The notes under the pieces are model-generated. The model was not told the DNA's origin. It saw only the letters and a program-made list of their open reading frames with translations, and searched no databases. Positions 48,917 to 59,324 of a DNA stretch of 64,000 nucleotides are shown here, in pieces. Both the position numbers and the translations under genes were made by a program. The stretch covers positions 64,001 to 128,000 of the forward strand of contig OY771506.1 in NCBI GenBank assembly GCA_963674705.1, written 5' to 3'. How positions within the stretch are numbered: the first letter of the stretch is position 1; every line of letters begins with the position of its first letter. Origin of the DNA: Phycisphaeraceae bacterium. Its GTDB lineage: Bacteria; Planctomycetota; Phycisphaerae; Phycisphaerales; Phycisphaeraceae.

Positions 48917-51900
48917 TCACCGCTTCATCAACAACATCAACGCGCCACCCATTACCGCCGCTGTCCCCGGCTCGGGGATGTTCGCTTGTTCACTCGGCGG
49001 CGTGCCCGCGTTCCAGTTACCCAGCACGATGTCAAGATCATCAAGGCCGACATACCCGTCGCCCGACGGATCGCCATGCGACCAGTCCCCGGCTGTGACA
49101 TTCTGATTCCAATTGCCGAGCACGATGTCAAGATCATCAAGGCCGACAAAACCGTCGCCGTTCAGATCGCCAGGCAGTGCATCGGTCACTTCAATCACGC
49201 CCAGCGTCAACAGCTTCGACGTATCCCAGAACAAACCCGTATCAAGCATCGGCAATACCAGAACATCGAACTCACCGGTCGCCGAGGTAAAGTCGAGCAG
49301 GTCGAAAGAGTCACCCGCCGCCAGTGCCGGCGCCGATGCATCGAGTACGACCTCAAACGTTCCCGCCGCGCTGAAGCTGCCGCCAACTATCAGCTTATCG
49401 TGAGCTGATGCAGCAACCACATCCAGCGTCAACGTGACATCCGTCTGCATCTGGAAGTCACCATCAACGGTCAGCGTTTCCCCGCCGTCTAATATCTCGA
49501 TACCGTTCCAGTCGTTCACAAGCGGGTTGGTCGTATTCACGCCGCTTGTGACATAAAGATTGTCAAGCAGGACCGTGTTCCACTTGTTCGTACCCTGCAC
49601 AAAACCAAACGCCTCTAGCGCCCCGGCCCCCAGGCTGTTGCGGTACGTCGCATCGTCCGCGCCGAGCACACCGTCAGCCGTACCTGTCGATGTATACACA
49701 TCCACCAGCTTGCTTGCGTTGTCGACCACGAGCCAGACGTTGTACCAGGTATCCAGCGTGGCGTTCGAGATGATTTCGATATCCGCCTGCCCTTCCTTGG
49801 AGATCTTAAGGTCAGCCGTACCGTCCGCGTTGCCGATAAAGAATGGCATCACCGCAAAGTCCTGCCAGGCGTTATTCATGTCGATGGTATCGACGCTGTC
49901 GGTCAAACCGAACATGCAGTCGAATCCTGACACGCTGCCTTCGACGTTGCTCGTCGGGTTGAACTGGAAGAAGTACGTCGCGGTTTCGCCGTCGGCCAGG
50001 CTGTAGTCTTTATCGAAGCTGCTGCCCAGATCGGTCTTCATCCCGCGCCAGCCGTTATCGACGCCGAAGATCTCCGCCGCCTGATTGCTGCCGCTTTCAT
50101 CAACAATCCGCGCCGCACCTGTCCCGTCAAACACACCGACCCACACATCGCCGGTCAGGTTGTTCGGCGTCGACCCCAGGTTAGTCGTACTGCTGTTGTC
50201 ATAACCATCAAAATTATCGATCAATCCATTGATCTTAATCGCCGATTCAATCCCCGCTGCGCCGACCCGCACCGTGCCGTTCTGTGCATGCACGCTGCCG
50301 GTGATATGACCCGCACCCGCGATCAACGACCCGCTCTGCACAGTCACATCACCGTTCATTGAGTTCGACGAATTCACATTAACCGTCGAACCATTTGCCG
50401 CAACAATGTCGCCATTCACATCGCCGTCAATCGTCAGTGTCTGGCCATCCAGCGTGTACGACCCGCCGGCCGCCGCGGTGACGTCAAGCGTCGCACCGCT
50501 GTGCACATTGATGTTCGGCGAGTTGCTGATTGTCGCGTTACCGCTAAGCGCCAGCGTACCCTTGGCGATCATCGTGTCGCCGGTGTACGTGTTCGCGCCG
50601 TTGGCGAGTGTCACCGTCCCCCCGCCGATCACGCGCAGCTTCCCGCTGCCGCCGAAGCCCGCGCCCGTGATGGTGTAATCATTGGCCGAGTTATTAAACG
50701 CTACACCGTTCGGCGTCACCGTGCTCTGGACATCCACCGTAAAAGAACTTGCCGTATCATCAAACGCGACCTCCGCGCCATTCATAAAGACATCCGTCAC
50801 ATCCCCGCCGCTGTCCCAGTTGGCGGTGTTGTTGATATCCCAATGCGTCGCGCTGCCCGCATCACCACGCCAAAGCAAACTCTTGGCATCGGTCGCATCA
50901 AACGTGATGCCGACCACCTCGGTGTTCCAGTTTGTGTACGAGTAGTAATTCCCGCGAAGCCACGCCACCGCGGTGTTCTGCCCGTTCCATTCGGGCACGA
51001 CCGGCCGAAGGTTATCAACCGTCGAGTTCTCCGTGATCGCTTCCCACGTCCACGTCGCACCGAAGTCGGCCGTCACACCCTTGTAGAGTTCGTACTTGCT
51101 TGTCCCCGTGTCCGTGCGCGGGTCGATATCCGAAGACATGTACACCACGTTCGGGTTGCTCGGGTCGATCGACACCAGCCCGGTGTAATCATCTTCCGAG
51201 CTATACAGATACCCGCCCGCCAGCGCCATCTCGTTCACCTGCCAGTCCACGCCGTCAAAACGAGCATAGAAGAAGCGGTGATCCTGGTTATTGTCGTTCG
51301 CACGTGCGCTGAAGATCGCGACCGGGTTGCCCGTGTTGTCGACCTCGATGTTGATCGTCCACGCCCGGTTCATCGTCGTGCCGTTGAAGTCGGTCCCGTT
51401 CTGGAACACGGTCGTCAGCGAAGAGGGCGCAACGCCGCTGCCATCGAACACGGTATTGTCGATCACCGTGCCGTCGCTGTTATACAGCACGCCGTCCTGC
51501 ACGTAGCCCGCATAAATGCTGTTGGCGTAATTGCGAGGATGCCGGTCTGTGCTGATAAAGAAGATCTTCTCACCATCGGATGCATACTTCACGTAAGGCC
51601 GATCCCCCCCGCCGCCTTCGGTCAGTAATTTGCCCGCATAAGACCAGGTCAAACCTTCATCATAAGAAACCTGCACCGTCGGGTCGTAATTAACCGTGCG
51701 CGTGAAGTTGTAAAGCCTGCCCGAGCCGCCGTTGTCACCGCCGAGGTAGTAGATGTTGTCGTAGGTCGTGCCGGCCCCGTTGTTGATCGTCTGCTCCGCG
51801 CCCCACGATGTCGGATCATTCGCATTCGTCGACACACGGTAATAGTTGTATGCCTCCGAGCCGTGCTTTGAATACATCGCGACATATCGCCCGTCCGATC

Positions 51901-52240
51901 GGATATATAGCGCCGCCGAATCGTGATCGTCCTGCTCGAGCTGGTTGTGCAGTTCGTACTCGCCCTGCACCTGTGTATCCAAATTACGCCAGAGCAGGTC
52001 CACATCCCCGCTCTCCGAACCCGACCCGGCCGAGATCGAACTGAGCAGCAGCAACGTATTGTCCGGATCGCTGTCATCAATGATGGCCCGCTCATCCTCG
52101 TACCACGACCACACACCGTTCGGCGCCGTACTCGAGTTCGTCAGCGTGAACATATCACCATTGACAAGATCTACCTGCGCAAGAGCAGGCATAGCGGTTA
52201 CAAGTAACAACCCCGTTACGATACTGATCCGATGTTGCAT
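48917..52240 (-). CDS. Modular PEP-CTERM surface protein with a BNR-4-type propeller head
   Basis: Signal peptide; NGVWSWYED, QDDHD, RPY, HPR; NTYTGDT beta-strand repeats; shared module; dockerin-like pair; IPEP tail. Confidence 0.82.
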   Translation of the reverse strand: MQHRISIVTGLLLVTAMPALAQVDLVNGDMFTLTNSSTAPNGVWSWYEDERAIIDDSDPDNTLLLLSSISAGSGSESGDVDLLWRNLDTQVQGEYELHNQLEQDDHDSAALYIRSDGRYVAMYSKHGSEAYNYYRVSTNANDPTSWGAEQTINNGAGTTYDNIYYLGGDNGGSGRLYNFTRTVNYDPTVQVSYDEGLTWSYAGKLLTEGGGGDRPYVKYASDGEKIFFISTDRHPRNYANSIYAGYVQDGVLYNSDGTVIDNTVFDGSGVAPSSLTTVFQNGTDFNGTTMNRAWTINIEVDNTGNPVAIFSARANDNNQDHRFFYARFDGVDWQVNEMALAGGYLYSSEDDYTGLVSIDPSNPNVVYMSSDIDPRTDTGTSKYELYKGVTADFGATWTWEAITENSTVDNLRPVVPEWNGQNTAVAWLRGNYYSYTNWNTEVVGITFDATDAKSLLWRGDAGSATHWDINNTANWDSGGDVTDVFMNGAEVAFDDTASSFTVDVQSTVTPNGVAFNNSANDYTITGAGFGGSGKLRVIGGGTVTLANGANTYTGDTMIAKGTLALSGNATISNSPNINVHSGATLDVTAAAGGSYTLDGQTLTIDGDVNGDIVAANGSTVNVNSSNSMNGDVTVQSGSLIAGAGHITGSVHAQNGTVRVGAAGIESAIKINGLIDNFDGYDNSSTTNLGSTPNNLTGDVWVGVFDGTGAARIVDESGSNQAAEIFGVDNGWRGMKTDLGSSFDKDYSLADGETATYFFQFNPTSNVEGSVSGFDCMFGLTDSVDTIDMNNAWQDFAVMPFFIGNADGTADLKISKEGQADIEIISNATLDTWYNVWLVVDNASKLVDVYTSTGTADGVLGADDATYRNSLGAGALEAFGFVQGTNKWNTVLLDNLYVTSGVNTTNPLVNDWNGIEILDGGETLTVDGDFQMQTDVTLTLDVVAASAHDKLIVGGSFSAAGTFEVVLDASAPALAAGDSFDLLDFTSATGEFDVLVLPMLDTGLFWDTSKLLTLGVIEVTDALPGDLNGDGFVGLDDLDIVLGNWNQNVTAGDWSHGDPSGDGYVGLDDLDIVLGNWNAGTPPSEQANIPEPGTAAVMGGALMLLMKR

Positions 52241-52300
52241 GATTTCCTTCCCACCAGGTGAAATTAAAGTTGTTTCATCTCACCATGTATTTCAATTATT

Positions 52301-52550
52301 CGTCCGGCCCCATCTCCCCTTGGGAGAGTGTTGGGGTGAGGGCTAGTCATTCTGTGGCCTGCATAAATACAGAACACACAATCAACCCCCGGCCCTCATC
52401 CTTGCCTTCTCCCGGGGGGACAAGGGATTATCAAAGTTTCATCTTATCTTTCGTGACAACCAATTCATCTTTCGCTTTACCGACCACACTAACGATCAAT
52501 TCTGTAAAAAACCGGCGTTCCGTCCGGCCCCCTCTCCCAAGGGGAGAGGG
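52301..52550. repeat. Three copies of a CCCTCTCCC-N-GGGAGAGGG REP-like palindrome
   Basis: 52308-52343 and 52392-52426 in inverted orientation; 52518-52550 CCCCTCTCCCAAGGGGAGAGGG; CGTCCGGCCCC at both 52301 and 52521. Confidence 0.7.
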
Positions 52551-52575
52551 AGAAAACACAACTTTCCTTGCCGCA

Positions 52576-55500
52576 TTACCGACCGTGCCGACGCTTCAGC
52601 ACACACAACCCACCCACACCAAACAACGCAACGCACGCCGGCTCGGGGATCGCCGCACTTGCGCCGGCAGGCGTGCCCGCGTTCCAATTGCCTAACACGA
52701 AGTCAAGGTCATCAAGCCCGACATACCCGTCGCCCGACGGATCGCCCGCAGCCCAATCACCCGCGGTCACGTTCTGGTTCCACGCACTGAGCACGATGTC
52801 CAGGTCGTCCAATCCGACAAACCCGTCGCCGTTCAAGTCGCCGACCAACGTGGGCTGCGTATCAACCACCGCCAACACGCCCGTCGTCAACAGTGCCGAC
52901 GTATCCCAGTACAAACCGCTATCAAGCGCCGGCAAGACATACGAATCAAACCCGCCGCTAGCGGATGCGAAGTCGAACAGGTCAAACGTATCACCAAGCT
53001 GCAAAGCCACCGCCCCTCCGAACACAACCTCGAGCGTGCCGTCGGCCGTCAGGCTGCCCGTGATATCAAGCAGGTCATTCACGCCGGACGCCGCGATATC
53101 AAACATCACGACCGAACCGTCTTCCAGAACGACATCACCCTGCACGGTCAATACCTCGGGTGCATACAACGCGCCGCCGCCGGCCGCGAGCGGGTTCTGT
53201 GTGTTCTCGCCGACAAGCTGATACAGGTTGTCGATTCGCACCCGACCGTCTTCACGGTTCGTGATGCCGAACGCTTCAAGGTTAAACGGATCGGTCAAAC
53301 GCCCGAACTCAACGCCCGCCAACGCAAGCGTCCCGCTATCCGTGCCCGCCGAGGTGTACACATCAAACGTTTTGTTCGCGTTGTCCACGACAAGCCAGAC
53401 GTTCTGCCACTGCCCGTCCGTCAGCGCGGTAATCGTGCCGCCGCTGCGGTTATCGCCATACACGCTGAGCGTCGCGGAGCCCGGGTTGCCTACGACGTAA
53501 GGCATCACCGAGTAGTCGGCATACGCATCATTGATGTCCAGCGTACTCACGCTTTCCGTCAGGCCGATCATCGTATCGGTATACCCGTTGCCTTCGTTCA
53601 TGACCTGGAAGAAGTACGTCGCCGTTTCGCCGTCAGCGAGGCTGAAGTCGGTCGCGAAGTTGTTGGATAGATCGGTGACGCCGCCGCGCCACCCGCCTGA
53701 ACCCTGCGACGGGATGCCCCATGCTGCAAGCGCGTTGTCCGCGGGGTCCGTGTTGTTCACGATCTGCCCGTTGTTCGTCCCGTCAAACACACCATCCCAC
53801 ACGCCGCTGGTCACATCGCCATTGCCGTGCGCGCCGATGTTCTGGTTGCTGCTGTTGTCGTAGCTATCGAAGTTGTCGATCAACATCGCGGTCGAAGAGA
53901 CAGGCATACCAGCGCCGCCGATCTGAAGTGTCGAACCGCTCTGCATCGTCAGGTTGTCCGCAAAGGTGCCGTCGCCGGTTACCGTCGACCCATTACCTGC
54001 GATCACATCGCCGACCACGGTCATATCGCTGTTGTTGTTCAGCGTCTGCCCGCTTACAAGCTGGAAAGTGCTGCTTGTGCCCGAAACATCAAATGTCGCG
54101 CCCGCTTGCACGTTGATATTCACCGAGTTCGCGATCGAGCCGACGCCCGCCAGCTTCAGCGTGCCTTCGTTGATGTTCGTGTCGCCGCTGTATGTATTCA
54201 CAGCCGAGAGCGTCAACGAACCCGTACCGGTCTTGTTCAAACCAGAACTGCCCGCGATCGGTACTGCGATCTCGTGTGCGCCGGCTTTCACCGATACCTG
54301 CGCCGAACCGGTCAGTGTCAGCGCGTTCGTGCCGCTGATCGTGTACGTATTTGCGTTATCGATCGTCAGGCGGTTCAATGTCGCGGGCGCATCCATATTG
54401 ATCGTCGCCGGTGCGCCGCTGCCGGTCAGTTTGCTGCCCAGCGTCGCGTCGCCGCCGCTTAACGGCAAGCCGCTGCTCCAGTTGCCCGCAACGCTCCAGT
54501 TACCGCCGCCATCGACATCCCACTGCGTCACCAGCGTCAACAAACCCGTCGACTGGTTAAACAGGTAGCTGCCGTTGCTCCACACGCCGCCGGTGTTATC
54601 GAAGCCAGCGACTTCAAAGCTCGAACCATACGTCGTGTTCGCTGCCGTCACCAGCGACCACGAATCACCTTCGTTATTCGTTGCGCCGCTCAAGTCGAAC
54701 TCAAATACGCCGTTGATAAGCGTCGTCAGTGCGCTACTGCCGGAGATCGCGTTATTCACACCGCTGGCGCCGATATCAAAGACAAAGTTCGCGCCATCCG
54801 CCAGCTCGAACCGCGCCTTGTTGATAATGTCACCGGTAAAACTGTTGTTGCCCGAGAGGATCCGCACGTAGCGGTTATCCTCGCGCACCGCGGAGGGCGG
54901 CGTCTCGATCGTCAGGTCGGCCGAACCGCTGATATCCGCGAGCAGGTAGATGTCGCCCTGTGTTGCCTCGAGCACGGAATCGCTCAACACCGTGATGTTG
55001 CCGTCCAGCTTGAACTGATCGCTCAGGCCGTTGAGGTGCTGGACCCAGCCGCCGTCAAGCCGCAGGTCGTTGATCGTCACGACGCCGTTGGTGCCAGTGC
55101 CTTTATAGATCAGGCCGCCGCTTGCGCCGTTAGTGTTGTTGATCGTCAGTGAATCGCCTGCAAACGTGAAGCTGCTGGCGCTGGCGGGCGTGCGCATCAT
55201 GTGGTCTGCGGTGTAGTAAGCCGCGCCGCCGTGCGCGAAGTAACCGTCGTCCCACGTATCCTGGTAATTAAACGCGGATGTGCCGAACGCGTCGCTTGCC
55301 GACATTGTCACCGTTGTCGCGGTGGACGGATGAGTGCTTGAGCCGATGCCAAGGTCGGCGCGCATCGCGTAGACCAAAGCAACCTGCCGCCGCGAAGCGA
55401 TCTCGCTCCATTCGCTGTCGTAGTTCAAGCCGTAGGGCCAGAAGTGAATGCTGTCGCCGTTGATCTTCGCGCCGTCGCCATCAAACTGCTGGATGAGCGC

Positions 55501-55914
55501 CGCGGCATTCGGGCCGCTCCACCCGCCGGACATCAGCGAACTCCAACTGCCTGAAGGCAACCCGAGGTAGTGGCCCATCTCGTGCTGCGTGACGCGCAGG
55601 TTCGGGTATGTCCCGCCGAAGCCGACGCTCCCGCCGTAACTCGCCTGCGCGGTGGGGATGCCTGAATCGTAGTACACGTAGACGTTGTAGTTGCCGAAGC
55701 CGTTAGGCGCGTACGCGTTGAAGCGCGCAAGCACGCCTTCGACCGCAGCCACCGCCGCGTCGTAATGCGCCTGGTTAGGCCAACCGCTCGCCGCCTCGAT
55801 CGAGTACGTCAGTGCAGCATCAGCCGACGACGAACCGATACCCAACGCCGTCGGCAAGGCCAACACAAGCGCCGCCGTGCCCAACTTCTTCATACCATTC
55901 ATCCGCATCTTCAA
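52576..55914 (-). CDS. Modular PEP-CTERM surface protein with an HExxH metalloprotease-like head
   Basis: QHEMGHYLG, HFWPYGLNYDSE; autotransporter-type repeats GLNKTGTGSLTL...NTYSGDT; shared module; dockerin-like pair; IPEP. Confidence 0.8.
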   Translation of the reverse strand: MKMRMNGMKKLGTAALVLALPTALGIGSSSADAALTYSIEAASGWPNQAHYDAAVAAVEGVLARFNAYAPNGFGNYNVYVYYDSGIPTAQASYGGSVGFGGTYPNLRVTQHEMGHYLGLPSGSWSSLMSGGWSGPNAAALIQQFDGDGAKINGDSIHFWPYGLNYDSEWSEIASRRQVALVYAMRADLGIGSSTHPSTATTVTMSASDAFGTSAFNYQDTWDDGYFAHGGAAYYTADHMMRTPASASSFTFAGDSLTINNTNGASGGLIYKGTGTNGVVTINDLRLDGGWVQHLNGLSDQFKLDGNITVLSDSVLEATQGDIYLLADISGSADLTIETPPSAVREDNRYVRILSGNNSFTGDIINKARFELADGANFVFDIGASGVNNAISGSSALTTLINGVFEFDLSGATNNEGDSWSLVTAANTTYGSSFEVAGFDNTGGVWSNGSYLFNQSTGLLTLVTQWDVDGGGNWSVAGNWSSGLPLSGGDATLGSKLTGSGAPATINMDAPATLNRLTIDNANTYTISGTNALTLTGSAQVSVKAGAHEIAVPIAGSSGLNKTGTGSLTLSAVNTYSGDTNINEGTLKLAGVGSIANSVNINVQAGATFDVSGTSSTFQLVSGQTLNNNSDMTVVGDVIAGNGSTVTGDGTFADNLTMQSGSTLQIGGAGMPVSSTAMLIDNFDSYDNSSNQNIGAHGNGDVTSGVWDGVFDGTNNGQIVNNTDPADNALAAWGIPSQGSGGWRGGVTDLSNNFATDFSLADGETATYFFQVMNEGNGYTDTMIGLTESVSTLDINDAYADYSVMPYVVGNPGSATLSVYGDNRSGGTITALTDGQWQNVWLVVDNANKTFDVYTSAGTDSGTLALAGVEFGRLTDPFNLEAFGITNREDGRVRIDNLYQLVGENTQNPLAAGGGALYAPEVLTVQGDVVLEDGSVVMFDIAASGVNDLLDITGSLTADGTLEVVFGGAVALQLGDTFDLFDFASASGGFDSYVLPALDSGLYWDTSALLTTGVLAVVDTQPTLVGDLNGDGFVGLDDLDIVLSAWNQNVTAGDWAAGDPSGDGYVGLDDLDFVLGNWNAGTPAGASAAIPEPACVALFGVGGLCVLKRRHGR

Positions 55915-55929
55915 ATTGCTCCAGGTATC

Positions 55930-58900
55930 TTACGCCCGAGTCCTTCGGCCAACACCCACCAACACACATCCCGCCACCAGCAAAGCCGAAGCAGGTTCGG
56001 GGATCGCCGCGTTCTCACCGGCCGGCGTGCCCGCGTTCCAGTTGCCGAGAATGATGTCAAGGTCATCAAGCCCGACGTACCCGTCGCCCGACGGATCGCC
56101 CGCAGCCCAATCACCAGCCGTCACATTCTGGTTCCACGCACTGAGCACGATGTCCAGGTCGTCCAATCCGACAAACCCATCGCCGTTCAGATCGCCGTCC
56201 AGCATCACGATCGAATCCACCACCGTCAGCATACCTGTCGACAGTAGCGCCGTCGTATCCCAGTACAAGCCTGCCGACAATTCAGGCAGGATGAAGTCAT
56301 TAAACGCGCCGCTGGCTGACGCGAAGTCGAACAGGTCGAACTGATCGCCCAGTTCAAGCGCCGGTGCTGTTGCTTCCAGCACGACTTCCAGCGTGCCGCC
56401 CGCGGTCAGTTCGCCGCTGATATCCAGCAGGTCGCTAATCCCGTCGGTCGCAATATCAAAGATCACGGTCGAGCCGCTCTCGAGTGTGACATCGCCAGTC
56501 ACGGTCATCACGTCGGCTGTAAACGTCACCGATTCACCACTGACCAGCGGATTAACCGTGCTCTCACCGAGCATCATGTACAGGTTGTCGACATGCACCA
56601 GGTCCGTGCCCGCGTTCATCGCTGCGAATGCTTCCAGGTCTGTCGGGTTCGTGATGCGACCAAACGCCACATCTGAGTAAGCAAGCGTTCCGTCATCCGT
56701 GCCTGTCGACCAGTACATATCAAACGTCTTGGTATCGTTGTCCACGACGACCCACACGTTGTACCAGTCACCGGTGGTCATCGACGTCACCACCTGGTCG
56801 CCGAGGTTGTCGCCGTAAACCTTCAGGTTCCCGCCGGCAACGTAAGGCATGACCGAGAAGTCCTGCCACGAATTATTGATGTCCACCGACGCACGACTTT
56901 CAGCCAGACCGATCATGCAGTCCGTCGAAGTGCCTTCCGCCATCACCTGGAAGAAGTACGTCGCCGTCTCGCCGTCCGCCAGGCTGAAGTCGTTGGCAAA
57001 ATTGTTAGCAAGGTCGGTCTCCGCGCCGCGCCAGCCGCTGCCCTCACGGACCGCCAGCGACTGATCGCCGTCCGGATCGTCCGTAACAAGCGCGCCGCCC
57101 GTGCCGTCCCACTCGCCAACCCAGACGTCGCCGGTCAGGTTGTTCGGCGTAGCGCCCAGCGATGTCGTGCTGCTGTTGTCGTACGAATCAAAGTCATCGA
57201 TCAACGCGGTGTTTTGAGTAATCGTCACACCTGCGCCGCCGATCTGGATCGTCGAGCCGCTCTGCGCGGCAAGGTTTCCGTTGAATGTGCCCTTGCCTGT
57301 AACAGTCGAACCATCGCCTGCAACCACATCACCGACCACGGTGTTATTGCTGTCATTGTTCAGCGTCTGGCCAGTTGAAAGTGTGAACGTTGAGCTAAGT
57401 CCCGAAACATCCAGCGTGCCCGATTCTGTCACATTGATATTCGCAGAATTGGCGATCGTCGCGTTACCTTGCAGCGAAAGCGTGCCGTTGCTGACGTTCG
57501 TATCGCCGCTGTACGTGTTAGCGCTGTTGTTCAGCACGACCGACCCGCCACCTTCAACGCTCAAACCGCCCGAGCCGGCGATCCCCGCGCCGGTCATGGT
57601 GTAAGTATTGCTCGTGTGATTGAAAACCGTCGCGCCGGGCGAAACAGTGTTCGAGATGTTCACGTTATACGTCGATGCGCCATCACCGAACCACACCGTC
57701 TTACCCGCGGAATAAGCGATGTTGCCGACGCCGTCGCCGTTCGTATCCCAATCCGTTCCCGAACCGGCTACCCAGACGCCGCTGTCGTCGCCGATCCACT
57801 GCAAAATCGAATCCACGCTCAGGTCGATCACGTGCAACGGCGTGCCCGTCCTCGAGCTGACCAGGTCGTCGTTCTCCTGGATGTACACCGACAACACACC
57901 ATCAACCAGCAGACGCTTCTGATCGAACTTTGGCTCGCCGATGAAGTCGCGCTGGTCGGTGTAAACCACTTCCCAGTCCGTGTAGCCCGAAGCGAGCGAT
58001 GCCGACGCAACGACCAGGTCGCCGTCCGTGTAATACCCGCCGCTGTCACCGACGCCGGGCGTGACATACGTCACAAAGATGTTGCCATCCGCATCGTAAG
58101 CGATGTCAGGCCGTGAACCGACGGCATAGTCGGTCGGCAGTTCCGTCCGAGCCCAATCCCCGGTCGACGGATCGCGGTAGTAATGGAAGTATGCCGATGC
58201 CGACGTGTTGAATCCCGAAACCGAATCACGGTTCGCATCGTCCGCGTGCCACATCACCATATGCACACGCCCGTCGCCGTCGACGATCTGCGTCTGCTGG
58301 TTCATGATCGAGTTGTAGATACTCAGTTCACCGAGCACGCCGTTACCGCTGTCACCGTCATCGATAAGGATGCCCGGCGAGTTGGGATACACGGTGCTGC
58401 CGAGGTTGACGCCGTCGCTGTTGTTCCATGTCGCCCCACCGTTGTCGCTGTAGGCGTACATCAGGTAGTAATTGCTGCTGCCCGCAGTCGGACGCCAGGT
58501 CCAGGTCGTGTGCAGCCGGCCCGTGCTGTCGACATCCATCCCGTTGAGGTATGGATTCACATCCGCCGACGAGCCGTTGATGATCTGGCTCGACGAACCC
58601 CACAAACCCGTGGATGCATCATACATGACCAGGTTCATGTCACCGTTGCCGCTGTACCCCGTGCGGTAGGTGAAGTACATATCGCCCGACGTCGAATCGG
58701 AGATGAACCGCGGATACGTCACGTCATAAATCGTCGACCCGCCGAGGTTCAACGAGCTTTGCTGCGCATTGAAGATGCTTGAGTTCCACGTGCTGCCGGT
58801 CGCGGACCCACCGTCAGTGTTGGCGTACTTCAGCGTGTTGTTGTGATGGTCCCACGAAATGTGCACCGTACCGTCGCCCGAGATGCCCATCGAGATGACG

Positions 58901-59283
58901 TTATGCGCATCTGATGTCGTGTTCGTCATATTGAAGCCGGTGTCCATGACCTGCCATGAACCGCCCGACAGACTGCGCCTCGCCAGGTACACATCCTCAT
59001 CACTTCCGAGGTGATACCACGCCGCATACTGATACCCGTCGTACGTCATCAGTGCTTCGGTCTGGTAGGATGCGCCGTTGATGGCCCGGCCGTACGTTGC
59101 ATTGGAAGCAAACAACAGTGCGCCGCTGTCGAGCACCGAATCTTCAAGCAGCGACAATTGCACTGCACCCAAGGCTTGCGACCCACCCGCAGACAACGCC
59201 GCCAGCAGCACCGGCATCGCCACTTTGACCGTCCGACCACGCACAGCCCTGGTCAGCACATCGAGAACAGCATTACGGCTCAT
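55930..59283 (-). CDS. Modular PEP-CTERM surface protein with a BNR-4/PL42-like head
   Basis: INGASYQ, GYQYAAWY, DAHNVISMGISGDG..HISWDHH, VTYPRF, YRTGYSG, NQQTQ; shared carrier. Confidence 0.8.
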   Translation of the reverse strand: MSRNAVLDVLTRAVRGRTVKVAMPVLLAALSAGGSQALGAVQLSLLEDSVLDSGALLFASNATYGRAINGASYQTEALMTYDGYQYAAWYHLGSDEDVYLARRSLSGGSWQVMDTGFNMTNTTSDAHNVISMGISGDGTVHISWDHHNNTLKYANTDGGSATGSTWNSSIFNAQQSSLNLGGSTIYDVTYPRFISDSTSGDMYFTYRTGYSGNGDMNLVMYDASTGLWGSSSQIINGSSADVNPYLNGMDVDSTGRLHTTWTWRPTAGSSNYYLMYAYSDNGGATWNNSDGVNLGSTVYPNSPGILIDDGDSGNGVLGELSIYNSIMNQQTQIVDGDGRVHMVMWHADDANRDSVSGFNTSASAYFHYYRDPSTGDWARTELPTDYAVGSRPDIAYDADGNIFVTYVTPGVGDSGGYYTDGDLVVASASLASGYTDWEVVYTDQRDFIGEPKFDQKRLLVDGVLSVYIQENDDLVSSRTGTPLHVIDLSVDSILQWIGDDSGVWVAGSGTDWDTNGDGVGNIAYSAGKTVWFGDGASTYNVNISNTVSPGATVFNHTSNTYTMTGAGIAGSGGLSVEGGGSVVLNNSANTYSGDTNVSNGTLSLQGNATIANSANINVTESGTLDVSGLSSTFTLSTGQTLNNDSNNTVVGDVVAGDGSTVTGKGTFNGNLAAQSGSTIQIGGAGVTITQNTALIDDFDSYDNSSTTSLGATPNNLTGDVWVGEWDGTGGALVTDDPDGDQSLAVREGSGWRGAETDLANNFANDFSLADGETATYFFQVMAEGTSTDCMIGLAESRASVDINNSWQDFSVMPYVAGGNLKVYGDNLGDQVVTSMTTGDWYNVWVVVDNDTKTFDMYWSTGTDDGTLAYSDVAFGRITNPTDLEAFAAMNAGTDLVHVDNLYMMLGESTVNPLVSGESVTFTADVMTVTGDVTLESGSTVIFDIATDGISDLLDISGELTAGGTLEVVLEATAPALELGDQFDLFDFASASGAFNDFILPELSAGLYWDTTALLSTGMLTVVDSIVMLDGDLNGDGFVGLDDLDIVLSAWNQNVTAGDWAAGDPSGDGYVGLDDLDIILGNWNAGTPAGENAAIPEPASALLVAGCVLVGVGRRTRA

Positions 59284-59324
59284 TGTTCTTTACTTTCGCT
59301 AAAACCAAAAAAACAGCACACCGG

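Noticed and set aside
50501..51628. 375-aa plus-strand ORF and similar ORFs across 48.9-64 kb
   Set aside because: Antisense shadows of the PEP-CTERM genes, with no motifs
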